Source of the DNA: a virus | IMG/VR virus record: IMGVR_UViG_3300030106_005509 | Span: 64,001-128,000 of that record | Length of the DNA stretch: 64,000 bases | Strand: one strand, 5' to 3' | Shown here: positions 56,885-64,000 of the stretch, in pieces | Position numbering within the stretch: the stretch's first letter is position 1 | How the letters are laid out: the number at the start of each line of letters is the position of its first letter | The notes under the pieces: generated by a model | What the model was told of the DNA's origin: nothing | The model's database searches: none | What the model saw: the letters and a program-made list of their open reading frames with translations, nothing else | Position numbers and translations under genes: made by a program

Positions 56885-57501
56885 TACCACGCTTTACAAG
56901 ACCAATATCTTGCCTTCCATCTAGGGCCGGGATTATCGCAATTATGTCTAGCTCTAAAACTCTTGCGTCTTTCCGGGTCATTTTTCTTGATCTTCATGTT
57001 AGGATCACCGAAGTTTACCTTCACAACATTACCCTTTTCGTTTTTAACATAGACAGATCGTTTCTTTGGCCCATCTGGTGTTAAAAATGGTTTGCCTAGT
57101 TTTACTTTTCTACCTTGATATTCTGCGGCATCAGACTTTTTGTCCTTACGAAGAAGCTCAAAGTCTTCTTTACTGACTTTGCCATCTTTATTTTTATCAA
57201 GCGCGTCTTTTTGCTCCTTAGACATTTTTTCTTGAGCTTTTTTCCAAGACTTTGGATCTGGTCTATCTGGATCTCCGGGTTTTGCAGGCTTATACTTCTT
57301 GCCTTCTTTCTGTTTCTTTTTTCTAATATTTTCCCAGAGTCCCGGCCTATCAGCCGCAACATCCCATTCCTCAACTTCTTCTCCGAAATCCACATAATCC
57401 TCTTCTTCAGGAAACACAAAGTTTTCCGCTGTGATTTCTTCTTCAAAGCCGCCAGAGGCATAATCTTCCATAGCTTCTGTGTACTTGTTTTCTTTAAACA
57501 T
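56884..57501 (-). CDS. Modular protein (acidic leader, basic modules, EF-hand-like loop); candidate internal head protein
   Basis: Start MFKENKY at a TAATG overlap; GLWENIRKKK, DKNKDGKVSKED, VNFGDP...RRKSFRARHNC...RYWSC. Confidence 0.65.
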   Translation of the reverse strand: MFKENKYTEAMEDYASGGFEEEITAENFVFPEEEDYVDFGEEVEEWDVAADRPGLWENIRKKKQKEGKKYKPAKPGDPDRPDPKSWKKAQEKMSKEQKDALDKNKDGKVSKEDFELLRKDKKSDAAEYQGRKVKLGKPFLTPDGPKKRSVYVKNEKGNVVKVNFGDPNMKIKKNDPERRKSFRARHNCDNPGPRWKARYWSCKAW

Positions 57502-58739
57502 TATTTCCAACCTTCTAATATAAATCTAAGTGAGTTTCTACCTAGTAAGTTTGTTATTGTGCCATCTGAATACTTGTCTGTATTTATAGATGACTTTAGT
57601 GATTTAAGATACCTAGTCAATCTAGGAAGCTCTGATATGTCTGTGATTTCATCTGGAGGGTCAGTAAAACCATCGAAGTCTGTGCCTATCGCAAGAACCT
57701 GATCTCCAGCTATGTTTATTATATGATCTATTGTTTTCTCTATATACTTTAAACCTAGAGAGGAATCTATTGGACTTAGCCAGTAGTTCATAAAAATTAT
57801 ACCTATAAGGCAATTATGGTCAGCCAGCCATTCTATCTCCCAATCCTCTAGATTTAGCGGATCTGGATTAACACCAAAAGCTCCAATGTGACTGGCAATA
57901 ACTTTTGAAAGGTCGTCACCTACAATTTTATACACTTGCTGTCTAGCTTTAGGAGTGCAATGTGTTATGTCTATAATCATACCCATGTCTTTCATGGCTT
58001 GCACAACTTTTTTGCCAGTTGATGTGAGACCTTTGTTCATATCCCAACCAGCCATTAACTGCTTCCAGTTACTACTTTTAATGCCATACTCTGGGTATGG
58101 GAAAACAGGAGACACTAAATGATTTGGGTAGAAATGAGCTAGGGTAAGATAAGCGACACCTCTATCGTAAAAGTGTTCAAGGTTTTTTAATATTTCATCT
58201 TCAACAAGAGGTTTTAAGGCAGTAGATTCTTCTACTCTTTTCTTGGCAAGTTCACCATTTAAAGAATGACCACCCTCTACAGAATGAATCATTGCTATTT
58301 CGTGGTCTACTATACACTCTTCAAGCTCTTGGATGTTCTTTACAAATCTAAACTTTTTGCTTGGCTCCGATTCGTTATACTTTTCGACCTCTGCCTCCAT
58401 ACGATCCATCATAGCGTTGGTTGCGTCAAAGTAAGTTGGCTTGAAGACTCTTTCATTTACAGAAGGGTAGAGCCATTTTAGAAACTTGATTAGTTTTTGA
58501 TCGTCAACCCACTCTATTTCGGGAATGTAAGAAGTCGAAAGAACCACATTCAAACCACCTTCTTCCATTTTAGGGAGGGTGTTTCTTTCGCTGAGAGGCC
58601 AGAAAGCTCTTTTGTACAGCTTAGTTAAGAACCTAGAGTCTTTGCCATCAAGAGAGCGGTCAAATAGAAAGTTCTTGAGAGTTCCGTGATTGTGCCAGTC
58701 AAATATTAAGGACTGTTTATGTAAGTCTTCCCAGCTCAT
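57501..58739 (-). CDS. Membrane-dipeptidase (peptidase M19) family amidohydrolase
   Basis: DWHNH, SVEGGH, YLTLAH, GLT..G..VV, IDITH, ASH, GTDFDG. Confidence 0.85.
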   Translation of the reverse strand: MSWEDLHKQSLIFDWHNHGTLKNFLFDRSLDGKDSRFLTKLYKRAFWPLSERNTLPKMEEGGLNVVLSTSYIPEIEWVDDQKLIKFLKWLYPSVNERVFKPTYFDATNAMMDRMEAEVEKYNESEPSKKFRFVKNIQELEECIVDHEIAMIHSVEGGHSLNGELAKKRVEESTALKPLVEDEILKNLEHFYDRGVAYLTLAHFYPNHLVSPVFPYPEYGIKSSNWKQLMAGWDMNKGLTSTGKKVVQAMKDMGMIIDITHCTPKARQQVYKIVGDDLSKVIASHIGAFGVNPDPLNLEDWEIEWLADHNCLIGIIFMNYWLSPIDSSLGLKYIEKTIDHIINIAGDQVLAIGTDFDGFTDPPDEITDISELPRLTRYLKSLKSSINTDKYSDGTITNLLGRNSLRFILEGWK

Positions 58740-59123
58740 TTAATTAACCCCGCTACCCACGACAAAAATTGGCGAATCAAATTCTTGATAGAATCGAGGA
58801 AAGGGCATGACGGACACCTTCAAGTCCGTTGGCTTTTCTTTCACAGAAATACTTTCTAACTGTATAACATTAGATGTTGTAATCTCTGAAGAAAAATTGT
58901 CAGTTTTAGCTTCAACAGTAAAATAAACTCTTGTCTGTTCTTCTAAAAGATTTCCTTTGCCGTCCCAAGCGGGTATAAAAAATTCATGCTCTCTTGTCCA
59001 GCGGTCAAAGACTCTTTGCTCTTTTAGTGAGCCGTTGACATAAATTTTTAATTCCTGACTGGTCACATTTAAGTCTGGGTTTATGATCGGTTCCCACTCA
59101 GCTTTAATTTTTGGGTATTTCAT
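58740..59123 (-). CDS. Hypothetical protein (possible FN3-like beta-sandwich)
   Basis: W.P...YV..., YFTVEA, P.DL.V. Confidence 0.5.
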   Translation of the reverse strand: MKYPKIKAEWEPIINPDLNVTSQELKIYVNGSLKEQRVFDRWTREHEFFIPAWDGKGNLLEEQTRVYFTVEAKTDNFSSEITTSNVIQLESISVKEKPTDLKVSVMPFPRFYQEFDSPIFVVGSGVN

Positions 59124-59626
59124 TCTCTTCGCTCCATGAATTTGTGTCTGAAATCTTGTTTTAGTATCTTCAGATGTTTACGTTCAACATCATGGTCTGT
59201 ATGAGTTGTCTTCATGCTTCCACATATAACTCGTAGATATGTATCGCTATTCATATCGTAAAAAGTAAAATGCCACTTTCCATTTATTAGATTCCATCTT
59301 ACGTTTTGTTTATTACTCCATCCAATCTTTAAAGTAATATAGTCTCTTATTACAAAGGCCGAAGTCATCCTGTATTCGTCAGTTGGCTTGCCTTCTATAT
59401 CCATGACTGGAAGTAAAACTTCTTCTCTAAAAGACCAGAAAATGGCCTGCTTCATATAGCAGACCACTCTCTGTTCTATTTCGTCATATCTGTAGACATG
59501 GTTGATTTCTACATAATCGCAGTATTCAACAACTTCTACTTCATAATTATCCGGTGCAGACAGTGCAGTCACATGCATCAACACAGACACAATCACCGCC
59601 GTCAACATCACATTCGCAACCTTCAT
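59120..59626 (-). CDS. Hypothetical protein with signal-peptide-like N-terminus
   Basis: MKVANVMLTAVIVSVLMHVTALSAP then CDYVEINHVY...QAIFW...THT.HD.E. Start uncertain. Confidence 0.55.
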   Translation of the reverse strand: MKVANVMLTAVIVSVLMHVTALSAPDNYEVEVVEYCDYVEINHVYRYDEIEQRVVCYMKQAIFWSFREEVLLPVMDIEGKPTDEYRMTSAFVIRDYITLKIGWSNKQNVRWNLINGKWHFTFYDMNSDTYLRVICGSMKTTHTDHDVERKHLKILKQDFRHKFMERRE

Positions 59627-59783
59627 CGCAATCGCAACTTTCTGGAATATTAACTTCAATGGGATTAGATCCCGGAACGTCTATAATAATTCCATCAAGT
59701 CCTCCGTTTTGCCATATGGCTGCAAGCAAAGCAATAAGTATTGATACTATTGCCAAACTTTTTTTACTCTTTACAGCCTTCAT
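59547..59783 (-). CDS. Membrane-anchored small protein with metallothionein-like Cys tail
   Basis: N-terminal TM helix; CDCDEGCEC...CVCVDACDCTVC. GGAG RBS and ATGA overlap. Confidence 0.6.
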   Translation of the reverse strand: MKAVKSKKSLAIVSILIALLAAIWQNGGLDGIIIDVPGSNPIEVNIPESCDCDEGCECDVDGGDCVCVDACDCTVCTG

Positions 59784-60124
59784 TGCTTTTCTCCGATCTT
59801 ATTTAGTGTCATATTTATTTTGTCCAGAGTATCACTTACTCTTTGCATTCTTTGTGCTTCAATCTCATTCTTCGCATCATAACGATCCTGTAAGTCATCT
59901 AATATCTTTTCGTAATGATCTCTTTGGTTTTTAAAGTCACTACTAAAAGTTTCTTGCATGACAGAGATTTGTTTCTGATGTGAAGGAAATATAACTTTGG
60001 TTGTATACCATAAGTACCATCCCAATAGTCCTGTAGCCGATATAGTTCCCCAATCAAATGCAAAAGGCATGTTATCGCCAGCTGCAACTAAAAAGGGCGG
60101 CAAAAAAGCTAACAGGGTTTTCAT
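59780..60124 (-). CDS. TM + coiled-coil protein (BhlA-like holin candidate)
   Basis: GLLGWYLWY TM segment followed by a heptad-rich tail; GGAG RBS before 60124. Confidence 0.55.
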   Translation of the reverse strand: MKTLLAFLPPFLVAAGDNMPFAFDWGTISATGLLGWYLWYTTKVIFPSHQKQISVMQETFSSDFKNQRDHYEKILDDLQDRYDAKNEIEAQRMQRVSDTLDKINMTLNKIGEKQ

Positions 60125-60145
60125 AATGCAATACTCCATAATATA

Positions 60146-60175
60146 GGGGGCATGGGGCATTTACCCCACACCCCC
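60146..60175 (-). other. GC-rich hairpin (weak terminator or stability element)
   Basis: GGGGGUGUGGGGU-AAAU-GCCCCAUGCCCCC; pairs fully only on the minus strand (G-U wobbles); no U-tract. Confidence 0.6.
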
Positions 60176-60192
60176 AACTATTACTAGACTCA

Positions 60193-60858
60193 CTAGCCGG
60201 TTATGTCACTGTAATCTTTCATGTTGTTTGTGTAAGTCACAAAGTCAACGAGATATACAAGTTCACCCGGTACAGATCTTGATGGTCTTGCTGCATCATC
60301 TGGGCTATCAGCTTTCGAGTTGTCGATACTGTTGTGGTTGTATCGTGTTCCTCTGTTTGTGATGCCAGACTTAGCTGCTCCACCACTTGTCAACAGACCT
60401 CCACCAAAGATATCAAATATGGCAGTAGCCCATGTACCTTTTTGGCGTGTACGTTCTGTGAAGTGAAGATTTCCAGCGCGTCTTGCTGTAGTATCACTAC
60501 CCGGAATGGAAAGAATTCCACCAGTAGAAGCAATACCACTGATTAAAGTTGGAGAACCACCTCTAATCAAGAACCCTGTATCTGTTGAAGATCTAGTAAC
60601 TGCTCTTCCATTTGGATTGTAAGCTAGTGTCCCACCAGATCTTGCTGTTGTGATTCCGATTTCATTGGCAGTACCAGTATTGGCTTTAACCATTGAACCG
60701 TAATCTTTAGCACCTTTGATAGTATCAATGATGCTTTTAGTTGTGTGACGAGAACTACCGATGTTACCACCGTTCATAACTACGCCACCGTCGTTGTCTG
60801 CTATACCATCGGAAGTTGAACTTTCGCTGATATAATACTTATGAGTGCTTGTTGCCAT
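60193..60858 (-). CDS. Gly/Ser/Thr-rich putative virion structural protein
   Basis: 221 aa, low complexity, C-terminal D.AA.PSR.VPGELVY; preceded by the promoter motif. Confidence 0.6.
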   Translation of the reverse strand: MATSTHKYYISESSTSDGIADNDGGVVMNGGNIGSSRHTTKSIIDTIKGAKDYGSMVKANTGTANEIGITTARSGGTLAYNPNGRAVTRSSTDTGFLIRGGSPTLISGIASTGGILSIPGSDTTARRAGNLHFTERTRQKGTWATAIFDIFGGGLLTSGGAAKSGITNRGTRYNHNSIDNSKADSPDDAARPSRSVPGELVYLVDFVTYTNNMKDYSDITG

Positions 60859-60925
60859 TTCTTTTTCTCTCTATAAAACATGGCTTGCACTTGTCCTATT
60901 CTTCCTAGAATAAAAGTCTTTTCCC

Positions 60926-60941
60926 AATATATTATACACCA
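60926..60941 (-). promoter_or_regulatory. Putative phage promoter TGGTGTATAATATATT
   Basis: Identical to 3048-3063; overlaps the stop codon of the upstream gene. Confidence 0.65.
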
Positions 60942-61576
60942 CTTGACAATATATTTTCCGCTATGACTGGCGATGTGAATCTAAAGGCTTCTATGCCTAT
61001 GTCTTCAAATATTTTGTAGTATTTGTCTGTGATACGATTTGAGCATGATATTACAGATAATGAAGTGTTTTTCTGTATAGAATGACATATTATTGCATTG
61101 TCATTTGGGTCGTCTATTATAGAACCTGTAGAGTTTATCAGTGTATAGATGCCGTTTTTTTCTAAAATCTCACATGCTGTTAATATTGTCTTTGGTTCAA
61201 ACAGCCTGTACTCAATTATAGGTCTAAGGGAAACTTCATTCTCCTTGCAGACAGCATTGCAAGCCTTCAAGTCTTCTGACACCTTTTTCCAGTTTCCCTC
61301 TTTTAAATAACCAGAATGTAAAACCAAGTCTATGGCTCTTGCGCCAGATCTTATTGATAAAATTATTTCGTGCAGTCTAACTTGAGTGGTGCTTATTCCG
61401 TATGGAAAGTCAACTACGGCTGAGAACTCCTGATGCTCTATGAAGTCTTGAACGCGATTTAGAAAGCCAGACGGAAGTGCCACAAATTTTGCACCAGATT
61501 GCGAGGATATAAATATAGTCCTCATTAGATCCTCAAACGTAGAATCCTGACTGTAACAGGCTATCTCGGTAAACAT
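60932..61576 (-). CDS. DeoC (deoxyribose-phosphate aldolase)-like TIM barrel lacking catalytic lysines
   Basis: VVDFPYG, GA.AIDLV, RPIIE, LINSTG (vs FVKTSTG). Confidence 0.75.
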   Translation of the reverse strand: MFTEIACYSQDSTFEDLMRTIFISSQSGAKFVALPSGFLNRVQDFIEHQEFSAVVDFPYGISTTQVRLHEIILSIRSGARAIDLVLHSGYLKEGNWKKVSEDLKACNAVCKENEVSLRPIIEYRLFEPKTILTACEILEKNGIYTLINSTGSIIDDPNDNAIICHSIQKNTSLSVISCSNRITDKYYKIFEDIGIEAFRFTSPVIAENILSSGV

Positions 61577-62058
61577 TCTTTTAGCTTTTCTAACCCTATG
61601 TTTATATATCTTCTGGCTGTTTCTCTACTGTAATTATTTTTAGAAGCTATTTCCTGCATGGTCATCCTGTCAAAAAATCTTTGCTTAATCACTAACTCAT
61701 ACTTGTTTTCTATCTTTGAGAGAGCGTCTTTAATGTGAATTTTCTGGTCTTCGTTTAAAGTTTTGAAATCTTGCACTGGATGGTCAAGAGAGATTGATGA
61801 CTTTCTTTTCCGCCTGTTCATCTTTTGTATCTCTCTTTTACATTCCCAGTCTATCCTGTTATACAAAAAAGATGTAAACTTTCTGCCACCATTTGGGTCA
61901 AAGGCTTTCATAGCCTCCCACAGTGCAATTAGCTTACATCTTTCTATCTCTTCTTTAGGTATCGTATTACGATATCTAGAGCAGACTTTGTTCATTATCC
62001 TTATGTTATCGAGATTGCTATTAGCATCCTCGAATTCATTTTCCGATATTTTTCTCAT
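61561..62058 (-). CDS. Second sigma-70-family sigma factor
   Basis: LIALWEAMKAFDP.GG.KFTSFL, MTMQEIA...YSRETARR. Confidence 0.85.
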   Translation of the reverse strand: MRKISENEFEDANSNLDNIRIMNKVCSRYRNTIPKEEIERCKLIALWEAMKAFDPNGGRKFTSFLYNRIDWECKREIQKMNRRKRKSSISLDHPVQDFKTLNEDQKIHIKDALSKIENKYELVIKQRFFDRMTMQEIASKNNYSRETARRYINIGLEKLKECLPR

Positions 62059-62305
62059 TAAAAGCTATCTTCCCTGTAGGATCTTTACCAAAAGATGGGT
62101 CAAGTTCTTCGTTAGCTTTTATCAATAGTTGTAACAAGATAGTATCTCTTTGTCTTGAATCAAAATATAAAGCGTCCATCTTCTCTTCTAGCATATTTAG
62201 GTTAGATGTTTGTTTCTGGACTTTGTCCATTAGAACATAGCATAGGCAGGTTAAAACCAAATTTGCTAATATCGAACCGTAAAACAGTTTCTTTAAAAAT
62301 TTCAT
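62036..62305 (-). CDS. Small N-terminally anchored membrane protein
   Basis: LFYGSILANLVLTCLCYVLM followed by a coiled coil. Confidence 0.6.
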   Translation of the reverse strand: MKFLKKLFYGSILANLVLTCLCYVLMDKVQKQTSNLNMLEEKMDALYFDSRQRDTILLQLLIKANEELDPSFGKDPTGKIAFNEKNIGK

Positions 62306-62307
62306 AA

Positions 62308-62970
62308 CTACTTTGGCCTAATTTTATCAATGTTTTCATAACCCTTTTCACCAATCACTCCATCCGCAAAACCATAAAACACAGCTTCCTCAGCTGATAA
62401 ATACCAATCTACTTTACTCTTTAATTTCTTAGCTATGTAAGACTTAACCTTGTCTGGGGTTAAAGACTTGTATTGTTTCTTAAAAAACTCTCCAGAAATA
62501 CACCTGTTAGTGTAAATATCTAAGAGTCTAGTGTTTAATCTCTTCTCGTTTTCAACAGCAGACACCGCTGCCAAACTATGATTTTCTAAAGACAGCGTTC
62601 CAAAGTGAATAAGAAACTCTGTGTCTGGCATTGTAACTCTCAGATCAGCCGCCTGAATTATTACACTACTCATTGATGATGCAGAAGCGTAAGCTAGAGT
62701 TGTTATGTGAGACTTAGAGAACTGAATAGAGTTGTAAATTGCCATGCCGTCATGCCAACTACCACCTATTGTGTGCATATGTATGAGAATATTTTTGGAG
62801 CTATCAAGGTCTAATATCCTCAAGTTCTTTACGAAGGTCGTAGCCATTCTGTATTCAACGCCAAGCTCTTCTTCCTCGTTGGAAAAATAGCCGTGAAGAA
62901 ATAGCTCTCTATTAACTTCGTCGAGACCGTATGAATGGATCTCATTTGTTCTTGAGTCTTCTACATTCAT
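62308..62970 (-). CDS. clpP: ClpP-like serine protease
   Basis: HTIGG...GMAIY, ASSMSS (Ser), FLIH (His), DWYLSAEEA..YG.AD. Confidence 0.85.
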   Translation of the reverse strand: MNVEDSRTNEIHSYGLDEVNRELFLHGYFSNEEEELGVEYRMATTFVKNLRILDLDSSKNILIHMHTIGGSWHDGMAIYNSIQFSKSHITTLAYASASSMSSVIIQAADLRVTMPDTEFLIHFGTLSLENHSLAAVSAVENEKRLNTRLLDIYTNRCISGEFFKKQYKSLTPDKVKSYIAKKLKSKVDWYLSAEEAVFYGFADGVIGEKGYENIDKIRPK

Positions 62971-62972
62971 AG

Positions 62973-63617
62973 TTAGTCTTCATTTTGAAAAATTAAACCG
63001 CCAGAAAGCTCCTTGTCTTTCTCGTACCTTAAAAGTTGATTTAGATAAAACTCGTCATCATCTAGGTTTGTGCTGGCGTATTTTACTTCACCATTGGTTT
63101 TTACAAATATAACCCAGTGCTTGTCTGTATCTATTGATTCTTTTATAAGCTCAATAGTGTCTTCTGTATACTCATCTAAGTTTAACTTCTGAAGCCCTTG
63201 TTTTATTCTAGAGTCGCAAAGCTGTTTTTCAACCTCGCTTCTAACCTCTCTAAAATTAAAGAGCTTACCTATACCTATAAAAAATCTATACCTTCCAGTG
63301 ACCTGTAAGAGTTCAATACCATCTGTCTTCTCTAAGATTTTAGCTACAGTTGGAGTTATATCAAAGTTTGTATACCCCATCCAACACTCAAACTGGTTGA
63401 GCAGGCTCATCTTATCGTGCATCTGTGCAATGCCGGTAGGTGTACTGATAAGTTTGGGGATCTTAGAAAGAAAAAGCAATGCCTCTTCTACTAATTCAGT
63501 TTCTTCTTCATCTTCATCCGGATTTAATTCATATATAGAGTCAACTATCTCTTCGTATATGATATTATCTTCCCACTTTTCCCAAGCTATTTTTTTGTAG
63601 TGCATTATAGGCTCCAA
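62973..63617 (-). CDS. Hypothetical phage protein
   Basis: 214 aa; W.G.TNFDIT...GIE.L....RYRFFIGIGKLF. Confidence 0.65.
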   Translation of the reverse strand: MEPIMHYKKIAWEKWEDNIIYEEIVDSIYELNPDEDEEETELVEEALLFLSKIPKLISTPTGIAQMHDKMSLLNQFECWMGYTNFDITPTVAKILEKTDGIELLQVTGRYRFFIGIGKLFNFREVRSEVEKQLCDSRIKQGLQKLNLDEYTEDTIELIKESIDTDKHWVIFVKTNGEVKYASTNLDDDEFYLNQLLRYEKDKELSGGLIFQNED

Positions 63618-63643
63618 TTTTAAAGAGCTACTTCTTCTTATAA

Positions 63644-63655
63644 ATTATACACTAT
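63644..63655 (-). promoter_or_regulatory. Putative phage promoter ATAGTGTATAAT
   Basis: Intergenic, about 27 nt upstream of the annotated start; same 12-mer as at 52351-52362. Confidence 0.6.
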
Positions 63656-63658
63656 TTT

Positions 63659-64000
63659 CTACATTTTAGTTACGTTTAGAGGGCTAACTAAAGGCTCTTC
63701 CTCACGGGTAAGACTTTCGTGATTCGGAGATTTTAGTGCATCTAGTATCCTCTTTTGCTGTAATTTAGTTATGTAGGCAAGTAATTCTAAAAAATCTGAC
63801 TTTTGTTTGTCACTTTTACAACTTTGACGAACATATTCCAAAGTATCCTCTATCATGTCTCCAGAAGAAATTTTTTCTAACAATTCTCCAAACTGCAAGT
63901 GCGCGTCAGCTTTTGCAGACCAAGAGCAGTCTATCCATATGTAGCCTTCTTTATCTGTATGGAAAGCTAAGCTACAAGTCCTGTCTTCTTCTTTTAAGAC
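63659..64000 (-). CDS. Hypothetical protein, 5'-truncated by the window
   Basis: The frame stays open from 64000 (VLKEEDRTCSLAF...) into the 79-aa ORF. Confidence 0.6.
   Translation of the reverse strand, partial: VLKEEDRTCSLAFHTDKEGYIWIDCSWSAKADAHLQFGELLEKISSGDMIEDTLEYVRQSCKSDKQKSDFLELLAYITKLQQKRILDALKSPNHESLTREEEPLVSPLNVTKM

Noticed and set aside
222-63600. Many short ORFs antisense to, or nested in alternative frames of, long genes (e.g. 6542-6829, 51083-51502, 57115-57702)
   Set aside because: They are shadows of well-supported genes, with no RBS or recognisable motifs.
1-64000. tRNA/rRNA genes, integrase or transposase, stop-codon recoding
   Set aside because: No cloverleaf-like sequence in the few gaps and no recombinase motifs. 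Genes are full length under the standard code with TAA, TAG and TGA all used as stops.

Overview
This window is a 64-kb segment of a large lytic-type tailed phage genome. It is AT-rich, uses the standard genetic code, is densely packed with ATGA/TAATG overlaps, and lies almost entirely on the minus strand. From left to right it holds: (1) three plus-strand genes, including the end of a >820-aa Cys-rich protein, closed by a bidirectional terminator at ~3.83 kb; (2) a Rad52-like annealing protein and a free-standing endonuclease; (3) a ~29-kb block (5.9-34.5 kb) of more than 30 soluble glycan-biosynthesis genes (glycosyltransferases, nucleotide-sugar enzymes, methyl-, formyl- and aminotransferases, oxygenases) with no export or polymerase membrane proteins; (4) a bacterial-type replisome with a sigma factor, SSB, a DnaE split into two intein-less genes flanking a DEDDh exonuclease, a Cas4/AddB-like nuclease, dNMP kinase, primase, DnaB and RecA; (5) PhoH, dUTPase, a class II RNR with a structured leader and dCMP deaminase; (6) a small second glycan locus, thioredoxin, holin-like genes, candidate internal head proteins sharing an N-terminal motif, a dipeptidase, a catalytically altered DeoC homolog, a second sigma factor and ClpP. 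A recurring GTGTATAAT motif without a -35 box looks like a phage promoter. All family calls come from motif recognition by eye; no database searches were run.
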